A program made the translations under genes and the position numbers. From positions 89,809 through 153,808 of the forward strand of contig JAYRXC010000023.1 in the NCBI GenBank assembly GCA_041917655.1: a stretch of 64,000 bases of DNA, in the 5' to 3' direction. The DNA is from Ignavibacteria bacterium (GTDB taxonomy: Bacteria; Bacteroidota; Ignavibacteria; Tepidaquicellales; OLB5). Within the stretch, counting starts at the first letter, position 1; each line of letters opens with the position of its first letter. Below the pieces are notes generated by a model. That model was not told the DNA's origin. It saw only the letters and a list, made by a program, of their open reading frames with translations, and made no database searches. This document shows positions 1-8,796 of this stretch, piece by piece.

Positions 1-2
1 CA

Positions 3-956
3 ATGATGATACTTGCGGCAGTTCTTGCCGCACTAACATTTTTCAGAGTGGTACAGCCATGGCACATAATCTCTCTGGCATTTATGCTGGGAACAGCAAA
101 CGCGTTCGATGCGCCATCAAGAGTATCATTCGTGAATGAGCTTGTTGATAAGGCTGACCTTACAAATGCGATAGCGCTCAACTCCACGATGTTCAATACA
201 GCTACTGCTACCGGCCCCGCAATTGCGGGAATTACCTACGCTGTAGCCGGACCCGCATGGTGCTTTACCATTAATGCGCTTTCATTTATTGGTGTGTTGA
301 TTGCGCTGCGGAAAATGAAGCTTAAAGAGCATGTTGTTCCTGTTAGCGGAAGATCCGCGCTGGAAGATATCAAAGAGGGGCTTAAATATATCGCCAGGCA
401 TCCGGTGGTAAGAGTGCTTATCCTGCTGATAGCTTCGATGAGCTTATTCGGGCTCTCGTTTTCAACGCTTCTGCCGGCATGGTCGGTTAAGATTCTGCAT
501 GGCGACTCGGCAACGAACGGATTCCTGCAGTCAGCCCGCGGCGCGGGCGCGCTTGCAAGCGCATTGTTCATTGCGTCGCTCGGCAGGTTCAACTATAAAG
601 GCAAGCTGCTGACAGTTGGCTCAATTGCATTCCCTTTGCTTATGCTGCTGTTCTCTTTCGTAACAATAGTACCGCTTTCTTTGGCTGTAATACTTGCAAC
701 CGGCAGCGCGCTCATCCTCACTATGAATATTGCCAACTCACTAGTACAAACTCTTGTACCTGATAAGCTGCGCGGCAGGGTTATGGGCGTTTACACTTTA
801 ACATTTTTCGGCCTGTTTCCCTTGGGCGCATTATTAATGGGTATACTTGCCGAACATTTTGGAGAAGCGGAGACCATACTGATTTGCGCGCTGGTTACGC
901 TCTCGGTATCACTGATGATTTTCTTTTTTGCACCCGCCATTAAAAAACTGGAATAA
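3..956 (+). CDS. MFS transporter, C-terminal ~317 aa (5' end cut by window edge)
   Basis: ORF is open from the window edge. It is multi-helix and hydrophobic with MFS-like loops (e.g. PDKLRGRVMG). Confidence 0.75.
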   Translation: MMILAAVLAALTFFRVVQPWHIISLAFMLGTANAFDAPSRVSFVNELVDKADLTNAIALNSTMFNTATATGPAIAGITYAVAGPAWCFTINALSFIGVLIALRKMKLKEHVVPVSGRSALEDIKEGLKYIARHPVVRVLILLIASMSLFGLSFSTLLPAWSVKILHGDSATNGFLQSARGAGALASALFIASLGRFNYKGKLLTVGSIAFPLLMLLFSFVTIVPLSLAVILATGSALILTMNIANSLVQTLVPDKLRGRVMGVYTLTFFGLFPLGALLMGILAEHFGEAETILICALVTLSVSLMIFFFAPAIKKLE

Positions 957-1029
957 TCTAGTTGTAACTGAATATTTGCCAAAAATACCATGTTCTTAAG
1001 CTTTTTTTATGATTCTAATCATAGTTTAG

Positions 1030-2580
1030 ATGTGTATTTACACCTTATTTTTGTATATGGGTACAAAGAAATTTTTACCGGATAAGCCGGTATTCTGTAA
1101 AGAGCCTTTTTTGAATAAAGACCTGTTCGCAAAATTCAGGGGAAACACAATCGGATACGATACCGAATTTTCCACACCTTACGGCATAAAAAAAATGATA
1201 TACGCAGATTGGACGGCAAGCGGAAGGCTGTACCGCCCGATCGAGGAAAAGCTGATCAATGAATTTAGCCCCTACCTTGGAAACACACATACCGAAACCA
1301 ATATAACCGGCACTGCAATGACCCTTTCTTACCTCAAGGCAAAGCAGATCATAAAGCAGCATGTAAATGCAGACGCAAACGACGCGATCATAGCAACAGG
1401 CTCGGGAATGACAGGGGCAATGCTGAAGCTTCAGCGTATGCTTGGTTTCAAAATTCCATCCAGGCTGAGAGGGAAATTTAAAATATCGCCTGAAGAGCGC
1501 CCGATAGTTTTTATCACTCACATGGAGCATCACTCCAACCAGACAACCTGGCTGGAAACAATTGCGGATGTAGAAGTTATAGAGCCTGATGAAAATGGAC
1601 TTGTTGATACCAAAAGTCTCGTGCGGTTACTTGAAAAATATAATGAGCGCAGTATTAAGATAGCTTCGGTTACTTCATGCTCAAACGTTACGGGAATTTT
1701 TACACCATACCATGAGATCGCCGAAATAATGCACAAGCATGGCGGATGGTGTTTTGTAGATTTTGCGTGTTCTGCGCCGTATATAAATATCGATATGCAT
1801 CCTGCAGACCCATTGCAGAAGCTTGACGCAATATTCTTTTCGCCGCACAAATTTTTGGGCGGGCCCGGCAGCACGGGCATATTAATTTTTGACCGGAATC
1901 TGTATGACAGCCATTTTTCACCTGACCAGCCCGGCGGCGGTACTGTGAAATGGACAAATCCATGGGGTGAACACAGCTATTATGAGGATGTTGAGCTGCG
2001 CGAAGACGGCGGCACGCCGCCATTTCTCCAGACCATTAAAGCTGCGCTTGCTGTGAAGCTCAAGGAAGAGATCGGAGTTGAAAACATCCGAAGCAGGGAA
2101 GAGGAGATAACCCAACGGGTATTTTCAGGATTAAGTAAAATAAAAAACCTTCACCTGCTTGCAGAAAACATCGAAGAGCGGCTGCCTGTAATTTCATTCT
2201 ATATCGATAACATGCATTATAACCTGGGAGTGAAAATTCTAAATGACAGGTTCGGAATACAGGTGCGCGGCGGATGCTCATGCGCGGGTACATACGGACA
2301 CTACCTGCTGCATGTTTCCAAACAGGAATCGCACAAGATAACTTCTATGATAGAGCACGATGACCTCTCTGCCAAACCGGGGTGGATAAGGATGTCACTG
2401 CATCCCATTATGACAAATGAGGAAATAGATATTATTTTGAATGCTATCGAAGAGCTTTCGCAAAACCACGCAAAATGGCAGGCAGATTACACATATGATC
2501 ACCACAATAATTATTTCAATCATATTTCAGCGCCTGAAAGCGAAAAACAAATGGTAACAGGCTGGTTTGACGAGCTGTGA
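1030..2580 (+). CDS. Aminotransferase class V-fold PLP enzyme (cysteine desulfurase / selenocysteine lyase-like)
   Basis: PLP-lysine context FFSPHKFLGGPGSTGIL and HMEHHSNQTTW. Alternative ATG start at 1057 (MGTKKF). Confidence 0.8.
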   Translation: MCIYTLFLYMGTKKFLPDKPVFCKEPFLNKDLFAKFRGNTIGYDTEFSTPYGIKKMIYADWTASGRLYRPIEEKLINEFSPYLGNTHTETNITGTAMTLSYLKAKQIIKQHVNADANDAIIATGSGMTGAMLKLQRMLGFKIPSRLRGKFKISPEERPIVFITHMEHHSNQTTWLETIADVEVIEPDENGLVDTKSLVRLLEKYNERSIKIASVTSCSNVTGIFTPYHEIAEIMHKHGGWCFVDFACSAPYINIDMHPADPLQKLDAIFFSPHKFLGGPGSTGILIFDRNLYDSHFSPDQPGGGTVKWTNPWGEHSYYEDVELREDGGTPPFLQTIKAALAVKLKEEIGVENIRSREEEITQRVFSGLSKIKNLHLLAENIEERLPVISFYIDNMHYNLGVKILNDRFGIQVRGGCSCAGTYGHYLLHVSKQESHKITSMIEHDDLSAKPGWIRMSLHPIMTNEEIDIILNAIEELSQNHAKWQADYTYDHHNNYFNHISAPESEKQMVTGWFDEL

Positions 2581-2587
2581 AGTTACT

Positions 2588-2652
2588 ACTCATCCGATGA
2601 CTCAAAATTCCCTAATCCTAAAGCCAACTTTATTCCAAGTCATCGGATGAGT
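2588..2652. repeat. 65-bp MITE-like element with 13-nt terminal inverted repeats ACTCATCCGATGA / TCATCGGATGAGT
   Basis: Perfect inverted repeat at 2588-2600 and 2640-2652. The same termini recur at 62857-62869, 62944-62956 and 62967-62978. Confidence 0.6.
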
Positions 2653-2817
2653 TAGCACACCTTTAATTTCTATCGTGTGTAGGGAATGCATCTTTAGCTA
2701 TTATTGAAATGCCTTGTGTGCATCTTAATTTAACGTGATTAAAGCAAGCCGTAGAATTACGCGATGCATTCCTGAATAAAAATTGTGGTAGAGATTAAAG
2801 ATAGAAGAGTATGCAAG

Positions 2818-2857
2818 CTACCCCCTTGTGTTCCCCCTTTCAGGGGGAAATGATCTT
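2818..2857. repeat. 40-nt GC hairpin element (CTACCCCCWTGTGTTCCCCCTTYCAGGGGGAAATG..), copy 1
   Basis: About 36 of 40 nt are identical to 60112-60152. The core hairpin is ttccccc-tttc-aggggga. Confidence 0.65.
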
Positions 2858-3189
2858 GTACAATTCGGTTTAATCTGTGCCGTCAGGTGTTACCTCCTGA
2901 CTTTTGCTTATTGTAACTCGAATCGCCCGATTCGAGTGCATTTGCGTAATGTGAACAATCCGGTCAGGCGACCGGATTTCCCTAACCCCTGTAAAAGCGT
3001 GTATGCGAAAAATCTTTAAACCCCCATTGTGATAATTGCATTAATTAGTCATCGTTCAATCGCCGCTTAACGAAAATTGAAAAAATCGTCCCCCCTTCGA
3101 TTGAAGGGGGGATAATTATCTGCAAGAATAGGTAAGTCTGTATCGTACCTTGATCCTGATATCCGATAAGTAACAATGGGGGTTTGGTC

Positions 3190-3221
3190 AAAAAAATGTC
3201 CGGCATTTTGTACCGGACATT
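3190..3221 (-). terminator. Intrinsic terminator of the 3271-4974 cargo gene
   Basis: Stem aatgtccgg/ccggacatt is followed on the minus strand by a T7 run. Confidence 0.7.
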
Positions 3222-3270
3222 CATTATAAGCAGCTTATCTATTATGTTGCAAACCTATTCACCTACTTAC

Positions 3271-4974
3271 CTACTTGATTAATATCATCTTTTTCACTTC
3301 AGAAAACTCGCCGGCGGTAAGTCTGTAGAAGTACACTCCGCTTGAAAGCTTTGAAGCATCGAAATCAAAGTTGTAGCTTCCGGTATTCATATTCTGATCG
3401 ATAAGCTTTGATACTTCTTTTCCGTTTACGTCATAAACTAACAGCTTAACCGTACCGCCTTTGGGAACAGAGAATTTTATGTTAGTTACCGGGTTAAATG
3501 GATTAGGATAGTTTTGGCTGAGTGAAAAGCCTTCCGGCACTGATGAGCCGATCTGGTTAATACCAATTACAAATAACTCATTATCGAAATATAGCCCGTT
3601 ATTGCCGCTGCCGGTAAACGCAGTTACTGCGTTTTTCGTATTCGCAATTTTATACAATGCGCAAACAGGCGAGGACAATATCGAAGTGTTTACATTGTTT
3701 ACTTTGAATGCTGTATTTGTCCAGTTTCCAGGTGTGCCTTTTTTAATTGTGACCGAATCACCGGTTTGGTTAGAATATGCCATCACAAAATTGCTTCCTC
3801 CCGCTCCAAGTGTATCGCTGCTGCACCAGGTATAGCCGGCTGTTGTATTTGCGACCTGCTCAGCATTTTCCCAGGAAGCGCCGCTGTTTGTAGAATATGC
3901 TGTATATACCTTGTTATCAAAAGTGTAGGTAATCAATATGCTTTTCGCCGGTTTCTGTTGTGCAATTGTTATACATGGCCTTACATTCGTTTCTATAAAA
4001 ACAGTTAAAATGCTGTGGTCTTTGAAGCTGCCCGAATTTGTAACCGGTGTGGTAACAAGCTTGATTGTTGAGTTGCCGTCCCATAATCTTTGCACGGCAA
4101 TAAAGATGGAATCGATCCCGTTATTCGGGCTTTGATAAAATGCTGCCGATGGATAGTAATCGCCATCGAAAGGCTGGGAGGTTGATTGTATCAGGCTGGA
4201 TGTAAATGAAGCGCCCATATCGGTGGTTTTGAACATCCTTAATCCTGCAAAACCGCCCGTATTGAGAAATTCAGCAGTTACAATATACAGGTAAGTATTA
4301 ACGGAGTAATAAGCTCCATCACTGCATACCGAAACATATGTGTATCTATTGCCGGCTGCAGGATTCAAGCTGCTGCCAATATAACTGCCGGTTCCATCCC
4401 TTCTTACACTGCTGAAGGAAATCTTTGTATCATTTCCGTTTGTGTTTGGTCCCGTAGTTACAAATACCACAACCCGGGTAGAATCTCCAATGGCGTTATT
4501 TTTACTTTCAACAGTCATAGAAATTGAGAACATATACTGAGTGCTTGTAACATTCAGGATATTGTTCCAGCTATGTCCGCCATTGGAAGAAGCCCAGACT
4601 TTGTAATTTCCGTTATAGGAAGAGTTGTTTACAATTGCAGCAAGATATAGCCAGCCATCTTCGCCGGTTTTCAGGTCTGTTTGCCTGAATCCTCTGAGCC
4701 CAATTTGAGAATTTGTTACAAGGAAATCCTGGTTGGTCCAGTCACCCGGCTCCTCACCATCGGGCTGCCGGAGGTGCATCTCCTGTCCGGGTTCCTGGAG
4801 CCCTTCGAACTGCAGGAACGGGCGAAGCTCATTTTCTGCGTTTTGGATTGCCTCCTGGTCATAGCTCCTTTTTGCCTTTTCGAGGTTACTCAATAGTGTA
4901 CCCGGAATGCCGTCCTGAGATTTTATAGAAGCTGCAGTTAACAGCAGAATTGTTATAGCGAATATTAATTTCAT
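3271..4974 (-). CDS. T9SS-sorted BNR/Asp-box repeat (beta-propeller-like) secreted protein
   Basis: Signal peptide MKLIFAITILLLTAASIKSQ, Asp-box-like SSNGGHSWN and STNSGASWEN, and a C-terminal NYPNPFNP...GVYFYRL..KKMILIK tail. Confidence 0.8.
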   Translation of the reverse strand: MKLIFAITILLLTAASIKSQDGIPGTLLSNLEKAKRSYDQEAIQNAENELRPFLQFEGLQEPGQEMHLRQPDGEEPGDWTNQDFLVTNSQIGLRGFRQTDLKTGEDGWLYLAAIVNNSSYNGNYKVWASSNGGHSWNNILNVTSTQYMFSISMTVESKNNAIGDSTRVVVFVTTGPNTNGNDTKISFSSVRRDGTGSYIGSSLNPAAGNRYTYVSVCSDGAYYSVNTYLYIVTAEFLNTGGFAGLRMFKTTDMGASFTSSLIQSTSQPFDGDYYPSAAFYQSPNNGIDSIFIAVQRLWDGNSTIKLVTTPVTNSGSFKDHSILTVFIETNVRPCITIAQQKPAKSILITYTFDNKVYTAYSTNSGASWENAEQVANTTAGYTWCSSDTLGAGGSNFVMAYSNQTGDSVTIKKGTPGNWTNTAFKVNNVNTSILSSPVCALYKIANTKNAVTAFTGSGNNGLYFDNELFVIGINQIGSSVPEGFSLSQNYPNPFNPVTNIKFSVPKGGTVKLLVYDVNGKEVSKLIDQNMNTGSYNFDFDASKLSSGVYFYRLTAGEFSEVKKMILIK

Positions 4975-4990
4975 TTTTAGTACTGTATGT

Positions 4991-6703
4991 TTATTTAATT
5001 AATGTCATTTTTTTAGTTGATACATATTCACCGGATTCAATCCTGTAAAAATATACACCCGAAGAAAGACTGGAAGCATCAAAGTCTGCTGAATATGAAC
5101 CGGCTGCAAGCGTTGAATTCACAACAACTGAAACCAATTTGCCGGTTATATCAAATACACTAAGCTTAACATTGCCGCTTTTGGGAACTGAGAATTTTAT
5201 GTTTGTTGACGGGTTAAATGGATTTGGGTAATTCTGTTCAAGCTTATAGCCGGAAGGAACTTCCCCGGAGATCGTACTGACGCCGGTAGTAAGTCCTTCG
5301 CCGTCAAAATAAGCATTTAATCCGCCGCTTCCTGCGAATGCAGTTACAGAGCTTTTGCCGCTTTCGCTATGGTAGATCCCGAATACCGGCACATAAACAG
5401 CAGATGAAGGTGTGTTGTTCACTTTTGTTAAGCTGTTTACTGTAGAGGCAACTGAGATCCTTGTTGTCATTACAGAATCACCCCCCAGGTTTACAAATCC
5501 CAATACGAAGTTGTTCCCTGCCGCCGTTGATGAATCAGAGCTGCAGTAGGTATATGCGCATGTTTTTGTTGACGAGAGCACTTTGAATGTCCACAGCTTT
5601 CCGCCATTGGTTGAGTAATAAGAGTAAGGCAGATTGCGTGAGGTAAAGGTAATGATCATGTTTTTCTGAACGTTGGTAACCTGCTGTGAAATTGTAAGGC
5701 ATGGTTTTTCGTTCTTTACACCATTTTCGATCATAGGCGTTAATACGTAATTCCTTGTAGTCGAAGGCAGCTCGGTAGTTCTGTAGATCCCAAAGCCGGT
5801 TGAATAATTATCAAACACTCTTTCAAAGCTGATGTAAATTGAGTCGCTTGATGTTGTTGCAAGGAATTGTGCACCCGGGTAATTATCAACTGATTCAGTT
5901 GTGATCATTTCATTGGTATGTGTCTGTCCCCAGTTAATTGTTCTGAAATGCCTGAATCCGTTGGTCGTCCCTGCGTTGGATGACTCTTTTACTATTGCAT
6001 GCAGGTAAGTACTGTTCTGGTAATACTGCCCGTCGCTGCAGCAGGTTACCTGTTCGAATTTTCTGCCGGAAGAAGGATAGCCAACAAGTCCTGAGTACTG
6101 CGCGTTACCATTACTGAGGGTTGAGAAAAAACTAAGCCTCGCATCGTTACCGTTGATCTGCGGGCTCGAAGTATAATATATCGTTATCCTGGTAGAATCA
6201 GCGATCATATTGTTTCTGGATTCCACAAGCATATCCAGTGAAAAGAAATATTCAGAATAGCTGGCACCTTCAATTATCAAGTTCCATGTTATTCCTCCAT
6301 CAGAAGATTTGCTCAGTCTGAGAAATCCTTTTTGAGAAAACTGCGGTTTGAGAGATGCAAGCATATACAGCAGGCCGTCTTCTCCCTGTTTTAATATAAG
6401 TGGCTTTTGTGTTTGTTCGCTTAAGTTTCCGCTGCATGCAATGATGTCGTTTGTGTACCAGTCATTCCCGTTGTTGCCGTTGTTGCCGGCGCCGGTCCTG
6501 TTCATTACGAAGCCGTTATCCTGCAAAACGGTGGTATTCATATACTTTTCCATTTCGGCGGCTATTTGAGTCTTTTTTTCGCTGTTCTCAATTTTTTTAA
6601 CTGAATAATATTCCCTCAGAAGCTCTTCCGGAATTCCTTCGGACTGCGATGATGCATTAAATATGATCGTAAGAAACAGTAATACTGCTAAAATGTTCTT
6701 CAT
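4991..6703 (-). CDS. T9SS-sorted BNR/Asp-box repeat secreted protein (tandem paralogue of 3271-4974)
   Basis: Signal peptide, SKSSDGGITWN and STNGGKLWT motifs, T9SS tail. Collinear similarity to the downstream gene, with a 16-bp gap between them. Confidence 0.8.
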   Translation of the reverse strand: MKNILAVLLFLTIIFNASSQSEGIPEELLREYYSVKKIENSEKKTQIAAEMEKYMNTTVLQDNGFVMNRTGAGNNGNNGNDWYTNDIIACSGNLSEQTQKPLILKQGEDGLLYMLASLKPQFSQKGFLRLSKSSDGGITWNLIIEGASYSEYFFSLDMLVESRNNMIADSTRITIYYTSSPQINGNDARLSFFSTLSNGNAQYSGLVGYPSSGRKFEQVTCCSDGQYYQNSTYLHAIVKESSNAGTTNGFRHFRTINWGQTHTNEMITTESVDNYPGAQFLATTSSDSIYISFERVFDNYSTGFGIYRTTELPSTTRNYVLTPMIENGVKNEKPCLTISQQVTNVQKNMIITFTSRNLPYSYYSTNGGKLWTFKVLSSTKTCAYTYCSSDSSTAAGNNFVLGFVNLGGDSVMTTRISVASTVNSLTKVNNTPSSAVYVPVFGIYHSESGKSSVTAFAGSGGLNAYFDGEGLTTGVSTISGEVPSGYKLEQNYPNPFNPSTNIKFSVPKSGNVKLSVFDITGKLVSVVVNSTLAAGSYSADFDASSLSSGVYFYRIESGEYVSTKKMTLIK

Positions 6704-6783
6704 TTTGTTTTGTTTTCCTTATGTTATTTTTGATTAGTATCATTTTCATTGTTTTTGGCAAAGGCGTTGGCTTCAATTTTTTT

Positions 6784-7095
6784 CTAAGAAGCTGTTTCGG
6801 TTGCCGGTGTAGACCATCCCTCCTGGCCTGTTGCTGTTACGGCTGCGATCCTGAAGCTGTATTTTTTCCCGCTCTTTAAGCCAGCAGCCGTATATCTTGT
6901 GCGGCTTACTATATCTGCATGCTTCCATACATGGTCCGGGCGTCCGGGTAAGTTTACCTGGACGATGTATGCCGATGCATCTTTGAGCGGCTTCCACAAT
7001 AATTCTATCTCTCCGGTATTCTGCCCCGGTGCTGCATGCAGAGTGATCTCTTTGCCGGTTGTGAATGTGCTGTTATTGATCTTTGATCCTTTCAT
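6784..7095 (-). CDS. 103-aa stand-alone fibronectin type III-like protein without signal peptide
   Basis: FN3-like pattern (LLWKPLKDASAYIVQV ... GKKYSFRIAAVTATGQEGWS). First gene of the minus-strand cargo operon. Confidence 0.6.
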   Translation of the reverse strand: MKGSKINNSTFTTGKEITLHAAPGQNTGEIELLWKPLKDASAYIVQVNLPGRPDHVWKHADIVSRTRYTAAGLKSGKKYSFRIAAVTATGQEGWSTPATETAS

Positions 7096-7111
7096 TGAAT
7101 TTTTTTCTTTA

Positions 7112-7119
7112 CAAATTTA
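7112..7119 (-). promoter_or_regulatory. Candidate -7 box TAAATTTG for the FN3/cargo operon
   Basis: Matches TAnnTTTG on the minus strand, 16 nt upstream of the ATG at 7095. Confidence 0.3.
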
Positions 7120-7125
7120 GGGATT

Positions 7126-7201
7126 GATGTGTGTGCTGTTCCAAGAAACAAAACCTGTTTTGTTTTATGCCTCCGGTGTTTCTGAAATCAGCACTAACAT
7201 C
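7126..7201. promoter_or_regulatory. 76-nt imperfect palindrome between the divergent promoters of P1 and the cargo operon
   Basis: gatgt-gt-gtgctg (7126-7138) pairs with cagcac-ta-acatc (7189-7201). Nested stems agaaac/gtttct and aacaaaa/ttttgtt. Confidence 0.4.
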
Positions 7202-7234
7202 AAAAAATTGATATTTTTTGCTGTATTTTTAGAT

Positions 7235-7242
7235 TATCTTTG
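7235..7242 (+). promoter_or_regulatory. Candidate -7 box TATCTTTG for P1
   Basis: Exact TAnnTTTG match about 105 nt upstream of the ATG at 7348. Confidence 0.4.
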
Positions 7243-7347
7243 GAAACTCTTTTATATTGGTTTTACAGAAATGTGTTTTGGAAATAAATTCGGATATGTT
7301 TTACGAAACCATAAGTCTACAGTTAATATGTTATTTATAGTGGTTTT

Positions 7348-8796
7348 ATGATCAAGAGCAGCTTACTGGAAATTTTGGGTTCATTTTCATTAAAGGAATA
7401 CAGGGATTTTGGGGAGTTCGTGGCATCTCCCTTTTTTAACAAAAATGAAGCTGTAGTCAAACTTTATGACTACATCAGGCTTCATTTTCCTGATCTTTCC
7501 GGAGCGGCATTTGAAAAGGAAAGCGTTTTTGCGTCCATATTCCCGAATGTTGAATATAATGACGGCTTTATGAGAACAATAATGTTCAATCTAACCCAGC
7601 TTGCCGAAGACTTTCTCGCGTACAGTAATTTCAAAAACCGCGGTGTGCACGAAACACTTCATCTTGTAAATGAGCTTAATAACAGGGTACTGGATAAGCA
7701 AGTGCTTAAAAACCTCAGGCAGGCGGCAGAGAGGCTGGATAAGTATGAATATGAGGATGAAACTTATTTCTTTGATATGTACCTTGTTGAGAAGGAAAGA
7801 AATGTGCTGTATGACAGGACTAAAAAGCTGCTGAACAAAAAAGATATTACAGAACACGACCTTACAAAAGAATCCCAGTACCTTATAAGATTCTTTCTTA
7901 TTCACATACTAAAAAGGTACCGCTACCTGCTTAACCGTGAAAAAGTGATGAATGCGAATTTTGAGTATGAATTCATGGACGATATACTGGGGTACCTTGA
8001 AAAGAACAGGCAAAAATACAGCGGTCTGCCTTCTTTAACAGGGCTGTTGAACCAGGTATTGCTGCTTAAGTATGAAAAAGATGAATATTTTTACGCATGC
8101 AAACAGATCTACCTTGACCTCAATAATACTGTGGGCCGGGGGGAGCGATATAACGGGCTTGTACTCATCAGCGGATACTGCACCAACCAGCATTATAAGG
8201 GCAGGCACGAAATGATGAAGGAATTCATCGAGCTGCAGAAGTTCCGCGATGAACATTATATCGTTAAGATGTATCCGAAGGACCATGTAACCACCCTGTA
8301 TTACCGTAATGTTGTAACAGCGGCAGTTCTTGTAAATGAAATAGAATGGGGCGAGCGGTTCATTGAAAAATATAAGGATGAGCTTCAGCCTGAAGGAAGG
8401 GAAAGCGCATATAATTTTGCTATGGCAAGGATCAGGGAAAAACAGAAACGATATGAAGAATCCATGGGATTCCTGAAGAATGTTAAAATGGAAGATGTTT
8501 ATTATAAGGTGAATGTTAAGTCACTAATGACAAAGCTTTACTACAATATGAACCTGCTGAACGAGCTTACTGACCAGCTTGATACATTCAGGAAATTTCT
8601 CAGAAATGATAAATTGATAGGGGAGAGCTTCAGAAAGGTAAATACAAACTATGTTAAGCTGTTAACCGATCTTGTTAAGCTAAAGGAAAACACAGGCAGA
8701 GTTAAAGCAAGCGAGTTCAGAAAAAAGCTAAAAGAAACTGACACCATAAGCAAAGACTGGCTCACCGAAAAGCTGAACGAGCTGGATCCCCTTTAA
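7348..8796 (+). CDS. Orphan ~482-aa all-helical (TPR-like) protein, family member P1; putative cargo-operon partner or regulator
   Basis: No signal peptide or TM. N-terminal FGEFVASPFFN..VVKLYDYI and C-terminal YNFAMARI...DTFRKFL blocks are shared with P2 and P3. Divergent from T9SS cargo. Confidence 0.75.
   Translation: MIKSSLLEILGSFSLKEYRDFGEFVASPFFNKNEAVVKLYDYIRLHFPDLSGAAFEKESVFASIFPNVEYNDGFMRTIMFNLTQLAEDFLAYSNFKNRGVHETLHLVNELNNRVLDKQVLKNLRQAAERLDKYEYEDETYFFDMYLVEKERNVLYDRTKKLLNKKDITEHDLTKESQYLIRFFLIHILKRYRYLLNREKVMNANFEYEFMDDILGYLEKNRQKYSGLPSLTGLLNQVLLLKYEKDEYFYACKQIYLDLNNTVGRGERYNGLVLISGYCTNQHYKGRHEMMKEFIELQKFRDEHYIVKMYPKDHVTTLYYRNVVTAAVLVNEIEWGERFIEKYKDELQPEGRESAYNFAMARIREKQKRYEESMGFLKNVKMEDVYYKVNVKSLMTKLYYNMNLLNELTDQLDTFRKFLRNDKLIGESFRKVNTNYVKLLTDLVKLKENTGRVKASEFRKKLKETDTISKDWLTEKLNELDPL

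Noticed and set aside
2581-3270. Possible CRISPR array, suggested by the many hairpins
   Set aside because: There is no constant repeat unit, no regular repeat-spacer periodicity, and no cas genes in the window. Each hairpin has a different stem sequence.
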